A stretch of DNA of 64,000 nt from Anaerohalosphaeraceae bacterium. GTDB lineage: Bacteria; Planctomycetota; Phycisphaerae; Sedimentisphaerales; Anaerohalosphaeraceae. Position numbers and translations under genes: made by a program. The stretch covers positions 480,001-544,000 of the forward strand of contig CAXXSL010000013.1 in NCBI GenBank assembly GCA_963675525.2, read 5' to 3'. Position 1 is the first letter of the stretch; every line of letters begins with the position of its first letter. The notes under the pieces are model-generated. The model was given only the letters and a program-made list of their open reading frames with translations, had not been told where the DNA came from and ran no database searches. Of the stretch, positions 48,692 through 58,635 are shown in pieces.

Positions 48692-50602
48692 ATGAATCGT
48701 TGCCATATTACCTATCAATATGCAGGTCTTTTAGCCGTTTTTTTGTCGTTTTCAGCGAATCTGAGCATCGCTTCGCAGCGGCAGCTTGTCTATGAACATA
48801 TTGATGTAAAGATGACCCTTAACAAAGATACGTCTCTCGATGTGGTGGAGACGCAACGGGTGCGGTTAAGCGGTGACTGGAACGGTCTTTATCGTGATTA
48901 CGCGCTGTATGGATGTGACGGGATTGAAATTATAGATGTGAGTGAGAACAATACCGTTTACACGAAAGGCAGTGTCGGCCGTAAGGGCGGCTACATCGTC
49001 GAACAGGAAAAAAACAATATTAATGTGAAATGGCGCAGTCGTAATGCAGCGGATCCACCCTATCGTAACACAACAACCACGTTTAAAATCCACTATCGAA
49101 TCACGGGAGCAATTGGTCAGTATCGTCGGCGTGATGTACTGTATTGGAAGCCGCTGATTCGGGATTGCCAGTACCCCATTAACGAAGCCGCCGTCACATT
49201 GACCCTTCCGGAAACAATCGACCCGGATCGAACCGAGGTCATCTTCTTTACCGAGTCCCCTTATGCAAAATGGCAAATTGACCAGCAAGACAAACGGTTG
49301 ATCCGTTTCAGCGACATGAGAATCGACCCCAAAGACAAATTTGAGATCAAAGTATCGCTGCCCAAAGATATGCTGGAAACATACAGCAGTGCAACGAATA
49401 CCTATACCTTTCATATCAAGCCCTGGCTTTTTCCGGTTGGTGCCGCCGCGGCAGTGCTTATCTTATTCATCATATGGTCCAGGATCGGCAGGGATCCGAC
49501 ACCTGAATCACAACAAGTTTACAATGTTGACGTTTTAAATATCAAACCCGGACTGGCCGGGTTGCTGATCGATGAAAGCTTTGATGTTCAGGATATAACA
49601 GCAACGATCATGGATCTGGCTCGACGGGGTTACATCCACATTCATGAAATCGAACCAAAACAATTGCTCAAGTCCGGTTGCTATGAATTTGAGCTGGTTA
49701 AAGTACCTGAAAAAGGCGAACTGGCCGACTACGAAAAACTGCTGATTGAAAAATTGTTCAAGGATCATTTGGTTGAAGGGAAAACAATAAACACCGACCA
49801 GCAGAAGAATCACTTTTATCGACACATTCCCAAGATCAAGGAAAAAGCGTGGCAAGAGGTTCAAACACTGGGCTGGTTTGTGACGCTGCCGAAAAAAGCA
49901 AAATTGCTGTTTCTTATGATAGGCCTCATTGTGATCGTGCCTTCGTTGGCATTGGCGGCTATTGAAAATGTGGAAATTCTCTTTTTTGCTCTGTGGGGTT
50001 CACTGTTTGCCGGGATTCCCGGCATGATGCTTATCTCCAGTATAAAGCATAACGGTTTTAAAGGATTGCTGAAATGCTTTTTCTTTATTCCTTTTGTTGT
50101 GATTGGTTTGGGGGTATTGTTTACGGTGTCACTTAAGAACTACCAGGCTGGCGGCTGGATGTTTGATGCAGGAATTACCGGTGTTTTCATCGGCTCATTG
50201 ATCTGCATGTCCGGCGGGGCCATGGCCCGAAAAAGCAAGCAGGGCGCAGCGATTATGCAGCGCCTGCATGAAATGCGCAAGTCACTCAAACACAATGAGA
50301 GCATGGGGCTGAATTATGAGCATTTGCTGCCCTGGGCCATTGCTTTGGGTGTCACGACTGATTACATCGACCATATCCAGGATGTATCGAATGACTATAT
50401 TCCCTATTACCGCCCTTACCCTCAACACTCCTTGGAACCGGGAATCACTGAGTCCGTATCATCTGTATTAAGCGGTTTGTCAGCCATGACCTCCGCTATC
50501 GACTCCAGCCTGTCCTCATCACCCAGTGGATCGGGCAGCAGTGGCGGTGGGTCCAGTGGTGGCGGAGGCGGCGGAGGAGGGGGAGGCGGAGGAGGCTGGT
50601 AA
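48692..50602 (+). CDS. DUF2207-family membrane protein
   Basis: Signal peptide, LDVVETQ..GLYR, ATIMDLARRGYI, LLPWAIALG and a Gly/Ser-rich tail ending GGGGW. Confidence 0.88.
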   Translation: MNRCHITYQYAGLLAVFLSFSANLSIASQRQLVYEHIDVKMTLNKDTSLDVVETQRVRLSGDWNGLYRDYALYGCDGIEIIDVSENNTVYTKGSVGRKGGYIVEQEKNNINVKWRSRNAADPPYRNTTTTFKIHYRITGAIGQYRRRDVLYWKPLIRDCQYPINEAAVTLTLPETIDPDRTEVIFFTESPYAKWQIDQQDKRLIRFSDMRIDPKDKFEIKVSLPKDMLETYSSATNTYTFHIKPWLFPVGAAAAVLILFIIWSRIGRDPTPESQQVYNVDVLNIKPGLAGLLIDESFDVQDITATIMDLARRGYIHIHEIEPKQLLKSGCYEFELVKVPEKGELADYEKLLIEKLFKDHLVEGKTINTDQQKNHFYRHIPKIKEKAWQEVQTLGWFVTLPKKAKLLFLMIGLIVIVPSLALAAIENVEILFFALWGSLFAGIPGMMLISSIKHNGFKGLLKCFFFIPFVVIGLGVLFTVSLKNYQAGGWMFDAGITGVFIGSLICMSGGAMARKSKQGAAIMQRLHEMRKSLKHNESMGLNYEHLLPWAIALGVTTDYIDHIQDVSNDYIPYYRPYPQHSLEPGITESVSSVLSGLSAMTSAIDSSLSSSPSGSGSSGGGSSGGGGGGGGGGGGGW

Positions 50603-50614
50603 AGAAAGTGATGT

Positions 50615-50740
50615 TGCCGGCTGTATAACATTGCCGGAATGGAGGCTGTTGAGGTCACATACCAAAACGGCAAAAAGACACGCATCGGCACCGATGAACC
50701 CGAAAAGCTGGCACAGGCCATCGCCGAAGCGGTCGCTTAG
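50615..50740 (+). pseudogene. Orphan diverged 3' fragment of the 47955-48461 gene
   Basis: Translates CRLYNIAGMEAVEVTYQNGKKTRIGTDEPEKLAQAIAEAVA*, identical at 28 of the first 36 aa to CRLYNIAGLDAVEITLENGKRVRIGTDEPEKLAEAI; no start codon. Confidence 0.9.
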
Positions 50741-51504
50741 GCCCTCTTTCGGCGTCGAAGCAGCAGTAAGCCGGTTGCCACCAATGCCATCGTCGCGGGC
50801 TCCGGTACCGGCGTTGCCAGATACTCAAACACATTCGCCGCAAACGCTGCATTGTCCGGCGTGCCATAATAATCGTAGATATTTCCACCCGATTCATAAG
50901 AGGCCCACAGAGAGGAATCGCTCAATACGACAACGTGCCCGCTGCCATATACGGCCGAGGCCCCTAATAGAACTTCATCCAAACCATCCGTCACCGAAAT
51001 GATTTCTTCGGCTGAACCGGAAACGCTTAAACCGCCACCCCAATACATATCAATTGAAGTAATCCCATCACAAACAGGATGAGTGGTCACCCCATCGGCA
51101 ATATATTCTTTATAAAAAGGACCGGTAAATGAAATGCCAAAGGCCGACGCAACATCTGCATAATCGGAATAGTTATTCCAATCCGCCAGAATCAGTAAAC
51201 CGCCGCCGCCTGAAACAAATGACTGCAGGGTCGATACATCATACCCCGACCCCGCGGTAGGTGCAGCGATGACAGCAATGTCAGCACCCGCAAGAGAACC
51301 AAAACCCGAAACGGATTGAATGGTATAATCAGGCTCAAGATCGGTCACTAAGTCTTCATAGCGACTGGTTCCTGTACCCGGATCATAAACACTTCCGGCT
51401 CCATTCGTAACATCCCACAAAACACTGTACGAACCAAACGAACTCGGCGCAAGAAATACGACTAACAAGAGAGTATAATAGCAGGTCGATTTTAGATGAG
51501 ACAC
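50737..51504 (-). CDS. PEP-CTERM sorting-domain protein (DUF4350/GATase-like fold likely)
   Basis: Signal peptide; FVSGGGGLLI; C-terminal VPEPATMALVATGLLLLRRRKRA. Confidence 0.88.
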   Translation of the reverse strand: MSHLKSTCYYTLLLVVFLAPSSFGSYSVLWDVTNGAGSVYDPGTGTSRYEDLVTDLEPDYTIQSVSGFGSLAGADIAVIAAPTAGSGYDVSTLQSFVSGGGGLLILADWNNYSDYADVASAFGISFTGPFYKEYIADGVTTHPVCDGITSIDMYWGGGLSVSGSAEEIISVTDGLDEVLLGASAVYGSGHVVVLSDSSLWASYESGGNIYDYYGTPDNAAFAANVFEYLATPVPEPATMALVATGLLLLRRRKRA

Positions 51505-51605
51505 GTTAAACCTCTTTTTCCCCGAAGATAGAAATTCCCATTAAAACTTAAAAAACGTTTTATCTGAAACTCTCGCTCTTCCCCCATTTTTTCGATGCTG
51601 AAAGG

Positions 51606-51634
51606 AGTATATCAGAAAACAGGCTAAAAGTCAA
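51606..51634 (-). promoter_or_regulatory. Putative promoter TTGACT-17-TATACT for the PEP-CTERM gene
   Basis: Minus strand reads TTGACTTTTAGCCTGTTTTCTGATATACT. Confidence 0.5.
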
Positions 51635-51701
51635 GCCAAATTCGCCCTATAAGGCTTTTTTTGCCCTTAAAATGGGTTTTTGAGGCAACTGCCGGCACAT
51701 C

Positions 51702-51893
51702 CTACCACTCATAGCCGCAGTAGTAACAGTAATAGCGCGGGGGATTTTCCGGCGGCGATTCATTGCGGATCAGCACTTTCTTGGCCTGAACCAGCCGCAA
51801 AAGCTGCTCGGTCATCTCGACCGGCTGATATACAATCTCCGCAATATCATCCGACCCGCACTTCGGACACCGTAATTTTTCAGGAATTGTCAT
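51702..51893 (-). CDS. Small zinc-ribbon protein (CPKCG...CYYCG)
   Basis: Two CxxC pairs in a 63-aa ORF ending in W. Confidence 0.7.
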   Translation of the reverse strand: MTIPEKLRCPKCGSDDIAEIVYQPVEMTEQLLRLVQAKKVLIRNESPPENPPRYYCYYCGYEW

Positions 51894-51918
51894 ACTCTGC
51901 TCTTCCAAACAGTTATGT

Positions 51919-52067
51919 TGTCATTCCGACCGCGCATTTTGTCATCCCGAGCGCAGCCGAGGGATCTATTATTCAGCCGCCGAAGGCGATTCCATACTGT
52001 CATCCCGGCCCCCGAGCCGGGATCCAGAACGTAACCCACTGGATGCCGGATCAAGTCCGGCATGACA
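51919..52067 (+). repeat. Cluster of GTCAT(T/C)CCG palindromic repeats
   Basis: gtcattccgac, gtcatcccgagcgcagccgagggatct and gtcatcccggcccccgagccgggatccag...ctggatgccggatcaagtccggcatgac. Confidence 0.8.
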
Positions 52068-52100
52068 AAACTGCAAAGTCAAACAAACAAGAACTAAAAA

Positions 52101-52634
52101 CTAAGAACCGTATTTGTTAAACGAGGCACGTTCCTTGAACGGCATTTTTTGCGGCGGATTATAGCCATCCGCAGGCACACCGATCGGCAACAGGACCCGA
52201 ATCATTTTTGTGTCCGGCACACCCAGCAATTTACCGATGGTCTCGTTGTGCCCATTCCGCCGCAGCCAGCCATCGACCCAGACGCTCCCATAGCCCAGCG
52301 CCGTGATGCCTAAAAGCATGTTTTCCACCGCCGCGGCGCAGTCCTCAACCTGAAACTCGAATCCCTCATAAACCGCATCGGGGTTCTTGTCAATAATGCA
52401 CGCGATAAACACCTTCGCCTGATTCATCGCCTGATTCGTCGGGTTCATTTGTGCGATTTGCTGAACCAACTCAGGTTCGTCAACAATCACAAACCGCGTC
52501 GTCTGCTTATTACACCCCGACGGCGCATCCAGACCCGCCTGTACGATTTCCAGCAACTCATCCCGACGAACCACCATATCCGTAAACGCCCCGCGATAAC
52601 TGTGCCGCTTTTTCACTGCTTCAAAAAATTCCAC
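52101..52634 (-). CDS. Nitroreductase family protein
   Basis: VKKRHSYR, APSGCNKQ and DCAAAVENMLL..TALGYGSVW. Confidence 0.9.
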   Translation of the reverse strand: MEFFEAVKKRHSYRGAFTDMVVRRDELLEIVQAGLDAPSGCNKQTTRFVIVDEPELVQQIAQMNPTNQAMNQAKVFIACIIDKNPDAVYEGFEFQVEDCAAAVENMLLGITALGYGSVWVDGWLRRNGHNETIGKLLGVPDTKMIRVLLPIGVPADGYNPPQKMPFKERASFNKYGS

Positions 52635-52734
52635 GATAGAATCCTCACTTTAAAATTCAGGGTTTTTATTTATTTCTATATTCCACAGTATAATCGGACG
52701 AAATCACAATTTCCAGAAACAAACTCCGCCAGAT

Positions 52735-54090
52735 TTATATTTGTCGTCTGTCTCGGCCGAAGATGGTCCGGTCAAAGCCCACGCGCAGCGACAGGCGCGG
52801 GTCGAAGAAAAACCGTTCTGTTGCCGACATTTTCGCGTGTCCGGGGATATCCTCCGGCAGCGTCTGAAACAGCAGCGCCGGGGCAATCCGCATCAACACA
52901 CTGGCCACAAAAATACTATGGATCCAGCTATCGCTGAACTGCGGCAGATGCGGTCCCAGCAGCCCCCCCGCCATCGACCCGAGAAAAATGCAGAACGAAT
53001 TGATCACGTTCAGCCAGGAAATCGAACGGAGCCGGTTGCTGGGCCCGATCGCATCCAGCGTATAATTAAAGCTGGCCATCGCCATCCCGCCCCAGGCCAG
53101 TCCCGCAAACATCTGCACCACCACCAAGTGCCAATACGTCCGCGACAGCACCCACACCAGCGGTAAGCCGACAACGATCGTCGCAAACAGACGCATCGGG
53201 ATCACATAGCCGATCCGGTCGCACATCCGCCCCCAGAAACGCGTGGTCAGAATAATCATCAGCGACGGGATCGTGACCAGAATCGTATACTGAAAATAAT
53301 TCAGCTTCAAGTCATTGAGCATATAGATGGCAAAAAACGGACCGCTGAAATTCGCCGCAAAACTCAGCAGTGAAAACCCCAGCACAAACCGCCCGAACGC
53401 ATGCCTGGGCAGTTTCCGGAGAAAATCCCGAAAGCTTCCTTCTTCGGGGGGGCGCTGACTGACCGCGGGCGGCTCATATTGAAGCCCCACAATCCAGCCG
53501 CCGATTGACCGTGTGATAAAACAGACCGTCCAGATGATCGAAAAGATCAGGAGCGTTTTGCCCGCAAAGGTATCCAGAAATCGGCCCGCTATCAGCGACA
53601 CCGTCAACTGTATCAGCGTCAAAATACGGTTTCGATTAGAGAAATACACCCCGCGCCGTCGCCGCGGCACCAGGTAACTCATCCAGTCGCTCCATGCCGC
53701 CGCCCCGTAGCCCATCGCCGCGGCATTGACCCCCATCGCCGCGATCGACAGCCACACCGCGTTATGCCCGTGCCAGAACGCGATCACCGCAAACGGCAAA
53801 TAACTGACACCATGCGCAAAAACGCTGCCCGCAACGACTTTTTTATACCCCCGAACCGATCCCATCAGCATGGGTACCCAAAGCTGGATCAGCCCCGTCA
53901 TCAGTGCCGGAATGCCCGCCGCGATACCGATCTGCAGTTTGCTGGCCCCCATCGCATTGAGAAACGGGATATAAAACGTCTGCTGCAAACCGATGGCGAT
54001 CAGGGAAAAAATCCCCTCCGCCACCACCAGCTTCATCGTTTTCTGCCGTTTCCGGCGGTCCTGATAATAATTGAATTTTGATGGTTTCAT
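52735..54090 (-). CDS. MFS transporter
   Basis: About 12 TM segments, VPRRRRGVYF and WGRMCDRIG. Confidence 0.85.
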   Translation of the reverse strand: MKPSKFNYYQDRRKRQKTMKLVVAEGIFSLIAIGLQQTFYIPFLNAMGASKLQIGIAAGIPALMTGLIQLWVPMLMGSVRGYKKVVAGSVFAHGVSYLPFAVIAFWHGHNAVWLSIAAMGVNAAAMGYGAAAWSDWMSYLVPRRRRGVYFSNRNRILTLIQLTVSLIAGRFLDTFAGKTLLIFSIIWTVCFITRSIGGWIVGLQYEPPAVSQRPPEEGSFRDFLRKLPRHAFGRFVLGFSLLSFAANFSGPFFAIYMLNDLKLNYFQYTILVTIPSLMIILTTRFWGRMCDRIGYVIPMRLFATIVVGLPLVWVLSRTYWHLVVVQMFAGLAWGGMAMASFNYTLDAIGPSNRLRSISWLNVINSFCIFLGSMAGGLLGPHLPQFSDSWIHSIFVASVLMRIAPALLFQTLPEDIPGHAKMSATERFFFDPRLSLRVGFDRTIFGRDRRQI

Positions 54091-54190
54091 GAATACCCAG
54101 AATTATAACGAATAACACGGCTTTGTAAAAGCGAGGAATTGTAGCTATTTTCCTTTAGGACACAAGCAAAAATCAATGAACGAACAACCA

Positions 54191-54219
54191 TTGAGATTTC
54201 CAAATCCATCGGGTATAAT
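54191..54219 (+). promoter_or_regulatory. Putative hflX promoter TTGAGA-17-TATAAT
   Basis: Near-consensus hexamers with a 17-bp spacer. Confidence 0.6.
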
Positions 54220-54270
54220 AGACCAGATAGATCGAAGAATTAAATAGTTTTGTCAAAAACATATATTTAG

Positions 54271-54364
54271 AGACCCCGAAGGGGTCATAGTTAATTAGCC
54301 GGGGTGCGTAAGCCCCCGGAAAGAAAGCGTCTCTCCTTTTCTTCGAGCCCCGAAGGGGCGACAG
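54271..54364 (+). repeat. Three-hairpin REP-like element upstream of hflX
   Basis: AGACCCC-GAA-GGGGTC ATAGTTAATTAG CCGGGGTGC-GTAA-GCCCCCGG...GAGCCCC-GAA-GGGGCGACAG. Confidence 0.85.
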
Positions 54365-54423
54365 ATGCTGCTTTTGACAAATCGGCTTAAAATAGAAAGA
54401 AATTCCGGAGGCAATAAAACGAC

Positions 54424-55749
54424 TTGGAAAAAATGCGAGATCAGTTAAAAGTCCATCAGGAGCGGGCCGTTTTGGTCGGCGCCGTCCTGAGAGGCAAACA
54501 GAAGAAGAATACCAACAACGAGAATCTCCTGCAGGAACTGACAGCCCTGGCCGAAAGCGCCGGTGCGGTCATTGTGGACCAGTTCATCCAGAAGATCGGC
54601 CGCATCAATCCTGCCACCTACATCGGTTCCGGCAAGGCTAAAATGCTCGCCGAAAAAGTCGAGGCTAAAGAGGCCGATGTGGTCATCTTCGATAACGACC
54701 TGTCGCCCGGGCAGATACGCGAACTCGAAAAGATCGTCGAAGTCAAGGTGCTGGACCGCAGCGAACTGATCCTCGACATTTTCGCCACCCGCGCCCAAAC
54801 CAAACAGGCCAAACTGCAGGTCGAGTTGGCTCAACTGGAATATACCTATCCGCGCCTGACGCGCATGTGGTCGCACCTCGACTCGGTCGCCGGAGCAGGC
54901 GGCGGAACCGCCGCAGGCGCCGTCGGCGGAATCGGCACACGCGGTACCGGCGAAAAGCAGTTGGAGATCGACCGGCGCCTCGTCAATAAACGCATCAGCG
55001 AACTCAAACGCAACATTGCCGCCATCGACAAACGCAAAATGCGAGAGATCGACGGCCGCAGCGAGTTTTACAAAATTTCGCTGGTCGGCTATACCAACGC
55101 CGGCAAGAGCACGCTCATGAATGCCCTGACGGATGCGGACGTATATGTCGAAGACAAGCTCTTCGCCACGCTCGACACCCGCACGCGAAAGTGGGAAACC
55201 GACCCCGGCGTCGAAGTTTTATTAAGCGACACCGTCGGCTTTGTCAGCAAACTGCCCCACCATCTCGTCGCCTCCTTCAAGGCCACACTCGAAGAAACCG
55301 TCAATGCCGACCTGCTCCTGCACGTCGTCGATGCGGCCAGTCCCGATGCGTTCGAACAGATCAAAAGCGTGGAAACGGTGTTGAAGGAAATCGGCTGTGA
55401 CCAAAAAGAGATACTGGTCCTGCTGAACAAATCCGACCACATCGCCAACCGCGCGGTGTTCGATTCCGTCCAGACGGTTTTTCCCGATGCCATCAGCATC
55501 TCGGCCAAAACGGGATTGAATCTGGACCTGCTCGCTAAATCCGTCACACAAAAAGTCCACGGACAAAATGTGCGGGTACGCATTACCGCCGGCGCGGCCG
55601 ACGGCAAACTGCAAAGCTATCTGAAAACGGTGGGCAAAAATTTAACCGAAGAATACTTCGACACCACCGTGCAGATCGAAGCCACGCTCGGCCAAAATCA
55701 ACTCGCCCAACTCAAACGCCTGGCTCCCCGACAGATCGAATATTTGTGA
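54424..55749 (+). CDS. hflX: GTPase HflX
   Basis: LILDIFATRA, QVELAQLEY, GEKQLEIDRR, GYTNAGKS, LFATLD, DTVGF and NKSD. Confidence 0.95.
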   Translation: MEKMRDQLKVHQERAVLVGAVLRGKQKKNTNNENLLQELTALAESAGAVIVDQFIQKIGRINPATYIGSGKAKMLAEKVEAKEADVVIFDNDLSPGQIRELEKIVEVKVLDRSELILDIFATRAQTKQAKLQVELAQLEYTYPRLTRMWSHLDSVAGAGGGTAAGAVGGIGTRGTGEKQLEIDRRLVNKRISELKRNIAAIDKRKMREIDGRSEFYKISLVGYTNAGKSTLMNALTDADVYVEDKLFATLDTRTRKWETDPGVEVLLSDTVGFVSKLPHHLVASFKATLEETVNADLLLHVVDAASPDAFEQIKSVETVLKEIGCDQKEILVLLNKSDHIANRAVFDSVQTVFPDAISISAKTGLNLDLLAKSVTQKVHGQNVRVRITAGAADGKLQSYLKTVGKNLTEEYFDTTVQIEATLGQNQLAQLKRLAPRQIEYL

Positions 55750-55769
55750 CATCGCACAGAAGATGCAAT

Positions 55770-55809
55770 ATACAGTTTACCCAGTCTCAACGCCCTGGGT
55801 AAACTGTAT
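55770..55809. terminator. Hairpin between convergent hflX and GH115 genes
   Basis: 15-bp stem ATACAGTTTACCCAG/CTGGGTAAACTGTAT. Confidence 0.6.
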
Positions 55810-55818
55810 TATTCAGCA

Positions 55819-58635
55819 TTAAAATACTCGAACCTGACTCAGGACCATGCCGGGATCCAGCAGGTAAATGGTCACGGTATGGTTCGCTGCATCGCTTAGA
55901 TCATGTACCGTTTTGCCAAGGGAGTATCCCCTCAGCACATTTTGCGACCAGTCCCCGGACCATTCCGAAGCATTGACATCCCTTGTTTGGACAGCGCCGC
56001 CATCGACGCTAACGGCATAGCGCAACCCCATCCCTTCATTGATCCGGTGTGTCGGCAGAAATCTCGCTTCGACCGTGCATGTGTCTAAATGGCTGTTAAA
56101 CGAATAGGTGATTGAAGGGGCCTTGTCGATATTGGCCTCATCAATCGATTCGGTTTCATAGGGCAGCACCGTCATCGCATACGTTTCAAGGCCCAGCCCT
56201 TCGATCTTTTTCCACGTGCTTATGGCTGTATTTTTCGTGTCGCTGTATTCATTAGCCGCAAAAATGTACATCGGTTCGAGGACAGGATTTTCAGGCCCTT
56301 TGCCCGGCTTCATCAGAGCAATTTGCTCGATAACCGTACCGGGTTCGCGATGAGAAACAACTAATTCATTGCTCCCCTCACGAAGACCAACATCCATGAT
56401 TTTCAGCCATTTAGCCGACAGCCCCGTTGGCTGGTCATTGCTCAACACTTTTTTATCATTGAACGAAACAAACCAGGAGTCGTGCTTATCATCGGGACAT
56501 TGAGCCAGGAAATAGAGGACCGCTTTTTGGTCCTGTTTCGACTCGAAGGTAAAGGTTGCCCTGGAACCGCTGTCTTCCGGCAGCACCTCCGGGGCGGTCG
56601 CCACAAGAGTCTTATCAATGAGCTTCATTGAGCCTTCACATTGGGCGTCAGCGGGATCAAGTGAGATCAAACACTCTGCTTTCTGCGACTCCTGGTGGAT
56701 TTTTTCGATATCAGGCTTACGAAATACTCTTGTGTTTCTCGGGGCCGCATCCATCATACCGTCCCATTTGCCGCCGGTCATTTCCCTATTATAATAACGG
56801 GTCAATTCCTGGATTTCATCATAGGCTTTCACCGCCCGTTCGGCGTTGCCCTGGACCGTGAATGTCTGTTTTTGATTCATCAAGGAAGCACTTTTGACCG
56901 GATAAAGAATTAACTGATAAAACGCATCCTTATATTCAGGCGGCAACTGTTTGTAAACCCCATCAGCCTTGTCAACAATCGTTTTATAATCGGCAAGTCT
57001 TTGATCCTGCTCCTGTTTTGAAAAAGATACTCTGTCGATATGCTCGGACTTAACCTGCTGCGTCAAACGATAATATTCTTTCTGAACCTCGGCTATTTCC
57101 TTGGCATAGTCTTTGCCGAAGGTTCGCCCGGCCCACTCCTCGATAAACTCCATAGCCTTTTCCACCGGCCACCGGTCAATATCATATGCCAGCTCAAGCG
57201 CAAACGTCATTTCCATTTCGATGGGCTTGATATCGCCCACATTGAACATCCATACCCGATCGGCACCATAGGCGTAAGCCTTATTCATTTCATAGGAAAT
57301 CAGCGCAGGAGACGTGGAACTGATCCAGAGGAAGTCCTGCGGAACCCCCCAATATGACATGTGGTAATAGACCCCCGAACCGCCCGACCGCTTGCGCTCG
57401 GCCGGTGTGGAGAGATTGCGAATATACCCAAAATTGTCGTCAGGCCAAACCATCGTAACATCATCAGGCAGTTGAAGTCCAAGCTTGTAGATATCAAGCA
57501 CCTCCTTATAGGGACAAAAGATCTGGGGCACCTTTGAAGGATCGGCATTGACATGCTCGGCAAGCATTTTCCGCTGATCCATAATCACCCGCCCCAAACG
57601 GTCACGCTTCTCGATACCGCTGCCGCCGCCCGGCATATTCGAGTCGTGGATACCACGCATACCGACGGTATAAACATTCTCAAACTGGCCGTTTTCCCTG
57701 ACGCGACTGTCCCAGTAGTTGTAGATGACATCACGGTTTGTTTCGTAATTCCATTCGCCCATCGTCTGCTTGTCCCACTCGGTCACATTGCAACGCAGCA
57801 TGGGCTCGCAATGGGACGCCCCCATGACGATGGCATAGTTGTCGGCCACGATCTTATTTTCGGGATAGATGTTGAATGCCTGGGTGCAGGGATGCATCCC
57901 CGGCCAGATATAGTTGGCTTTCAGGCGTAACATCAGCTCAAACACTTTCGCGTACGTCTTAGGCCCAAGGTCTTTTATGTCCGTATCATGATGCTTGGCC
58001 GCCCACGGCTGAAGGCCCCAGTCCTCGTCATTGATAAAAATCCCGCGGTATTTGATCGACGGCGTACCCTGCACGATGGTTTTTGTTGAAACATGGATCT
58101 GTTTTTTCTTCGGGGTCGGCACATCGGCCCAATAGTACCACGGGGAAACACCGATGGCCTCCGACAGGCTGAATACGCCGTAAGCGGTCCCTCTTCTGTC
58201 ACTGCCGGCAATCACCAGTGCCCGGTCAATCCCTTTAAACGGTTTTTGAACCTCGGCAATCGTAAACGCTTCCCATTGACCCTTGACGGCAGAGACGTTG
58301 AGTTTTTCCGAACGAATCAACGCATCGATATGCCGACTCTTTCCAATAGTCCCGACAAAGATGATACCGTCGGCCTTCGTCGGCAAATCCCTCAGAACAT
58401 CGGGCTTGCGGTCCGTCACTCGCTGGATATCTTCAGCCAACAGACCGGCGGCGATCCTGACAACAGCGGCATCGTTCTGATCAAAGACAATGGTCGTTGC
58501 GGTTTTTGAAACCACCGGAAAGGTCCCGAACGCAGGTGTGTCTTCTACGGCAATTCCATCAACATTTGCGCACCCAATTGCTGCGACCACAAAAACAACT
58601 CCCCAAATATATCTCATTGTTATCACTGTCATCAT
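55819..58635 (-). CDS. GH115 alpha-glucuronidase
   Basis: AGSDRRGTAYG, GVSPWYYWAD, YRGIFINDEDWG, LRLKANYIWP, SHCEPM, GMRGIHD, DDNFGY and NVGDIKP. Confidence 0.92.
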   Translation of the reverse strand: MMTVITMRYIWGVVFVVAAIGCANVDGIAVEDTPAFGTFPVVSKTATTIVFDQNDAAVVRIAAGLLAEDIQRVTDRKPDVLRDLPTKADGIIFVGTIGKSRHIDALIRSEKLNVSAVKGQWEAFTIAEVQKPFKGIDRALVIAGSDRRGTAYGVFSLSEAIGVSPWYYWADVPTPKKKQIHVSTKTIVQGTPSIKYRGIFINDEDWGLQPWAAKHHDTDIKDLGPKTYAKVFELMLRLKANYIWPGMHPCTQAFNIYPENKIVADNYAIVMGASHCEPMLRCNVTEWDKQTMGEWNYETNRDVIYNYWDSRVRENGQFENVYTVGMRGIHDSNMPGGGSGIEKRDRLGRVIMDQRKMLAEHVNADPSKVPQIFCPYKEVLDIYKLGLQLPDDVTMVWPDDNFGYIRNLSTPAERKRSGGSGVYYHMSYWGVPQDFLWISSTSPALISYEMNKAYAYGADRVWMFNVGDIKPIEMEMTFALELAYDIDRWPVEKAMEFIEEWAGRTFGKDYAKEIAEVQKEYYRLTQQVKSEHIDRVSFSKQEQDQRLADYKTIVDKADGVYKQLPPEYKDAFYQLILYPVKSASLMNQKQTFTVQGNAERAVKAYDEIQELTRYYNREMTGGKWDGMMDAAPRNTRVFRKPDIEKIHQESQKAECLISLDPADAQCEGSMKLIDKTLVATAPEVLPEDSGSRATFTFESKQDQKAVLYFLAQCPDDKHDSWFVSFNDKKVLSNDQPTGLSAKWLKIMDVGLREGSNELVVSHREPGTVIEQIALMKPGKGPENPVLEPMYIFAANEYSDTKNTAISTWKKIEGLGLETYAMTVLPYETESIDEANIDKAPSITYSFNSHLDTCTVEARFLPTHRINEGMGLRYAVSVDGGAVQTRDVNASEWSGDWSQNVLRGYSLGKTVHDLSDAANHTVTIYLLDPGMVLSQVRVF

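Noticed and set aside
50500..50602. GGC/GGA low-complexity run as a contingency repeat
   Set aside because: It is the normal Gly/Ser-rich C-terminal tail of DUF2207 proteins.
51680..52120. 146-aa plus-strand ORF
   Set aside because: It is antisense to the zinc-ribbon gene and otherwise a translation of GTCAT palindromes (VIPSAAEGS, WMPDQVRHD).
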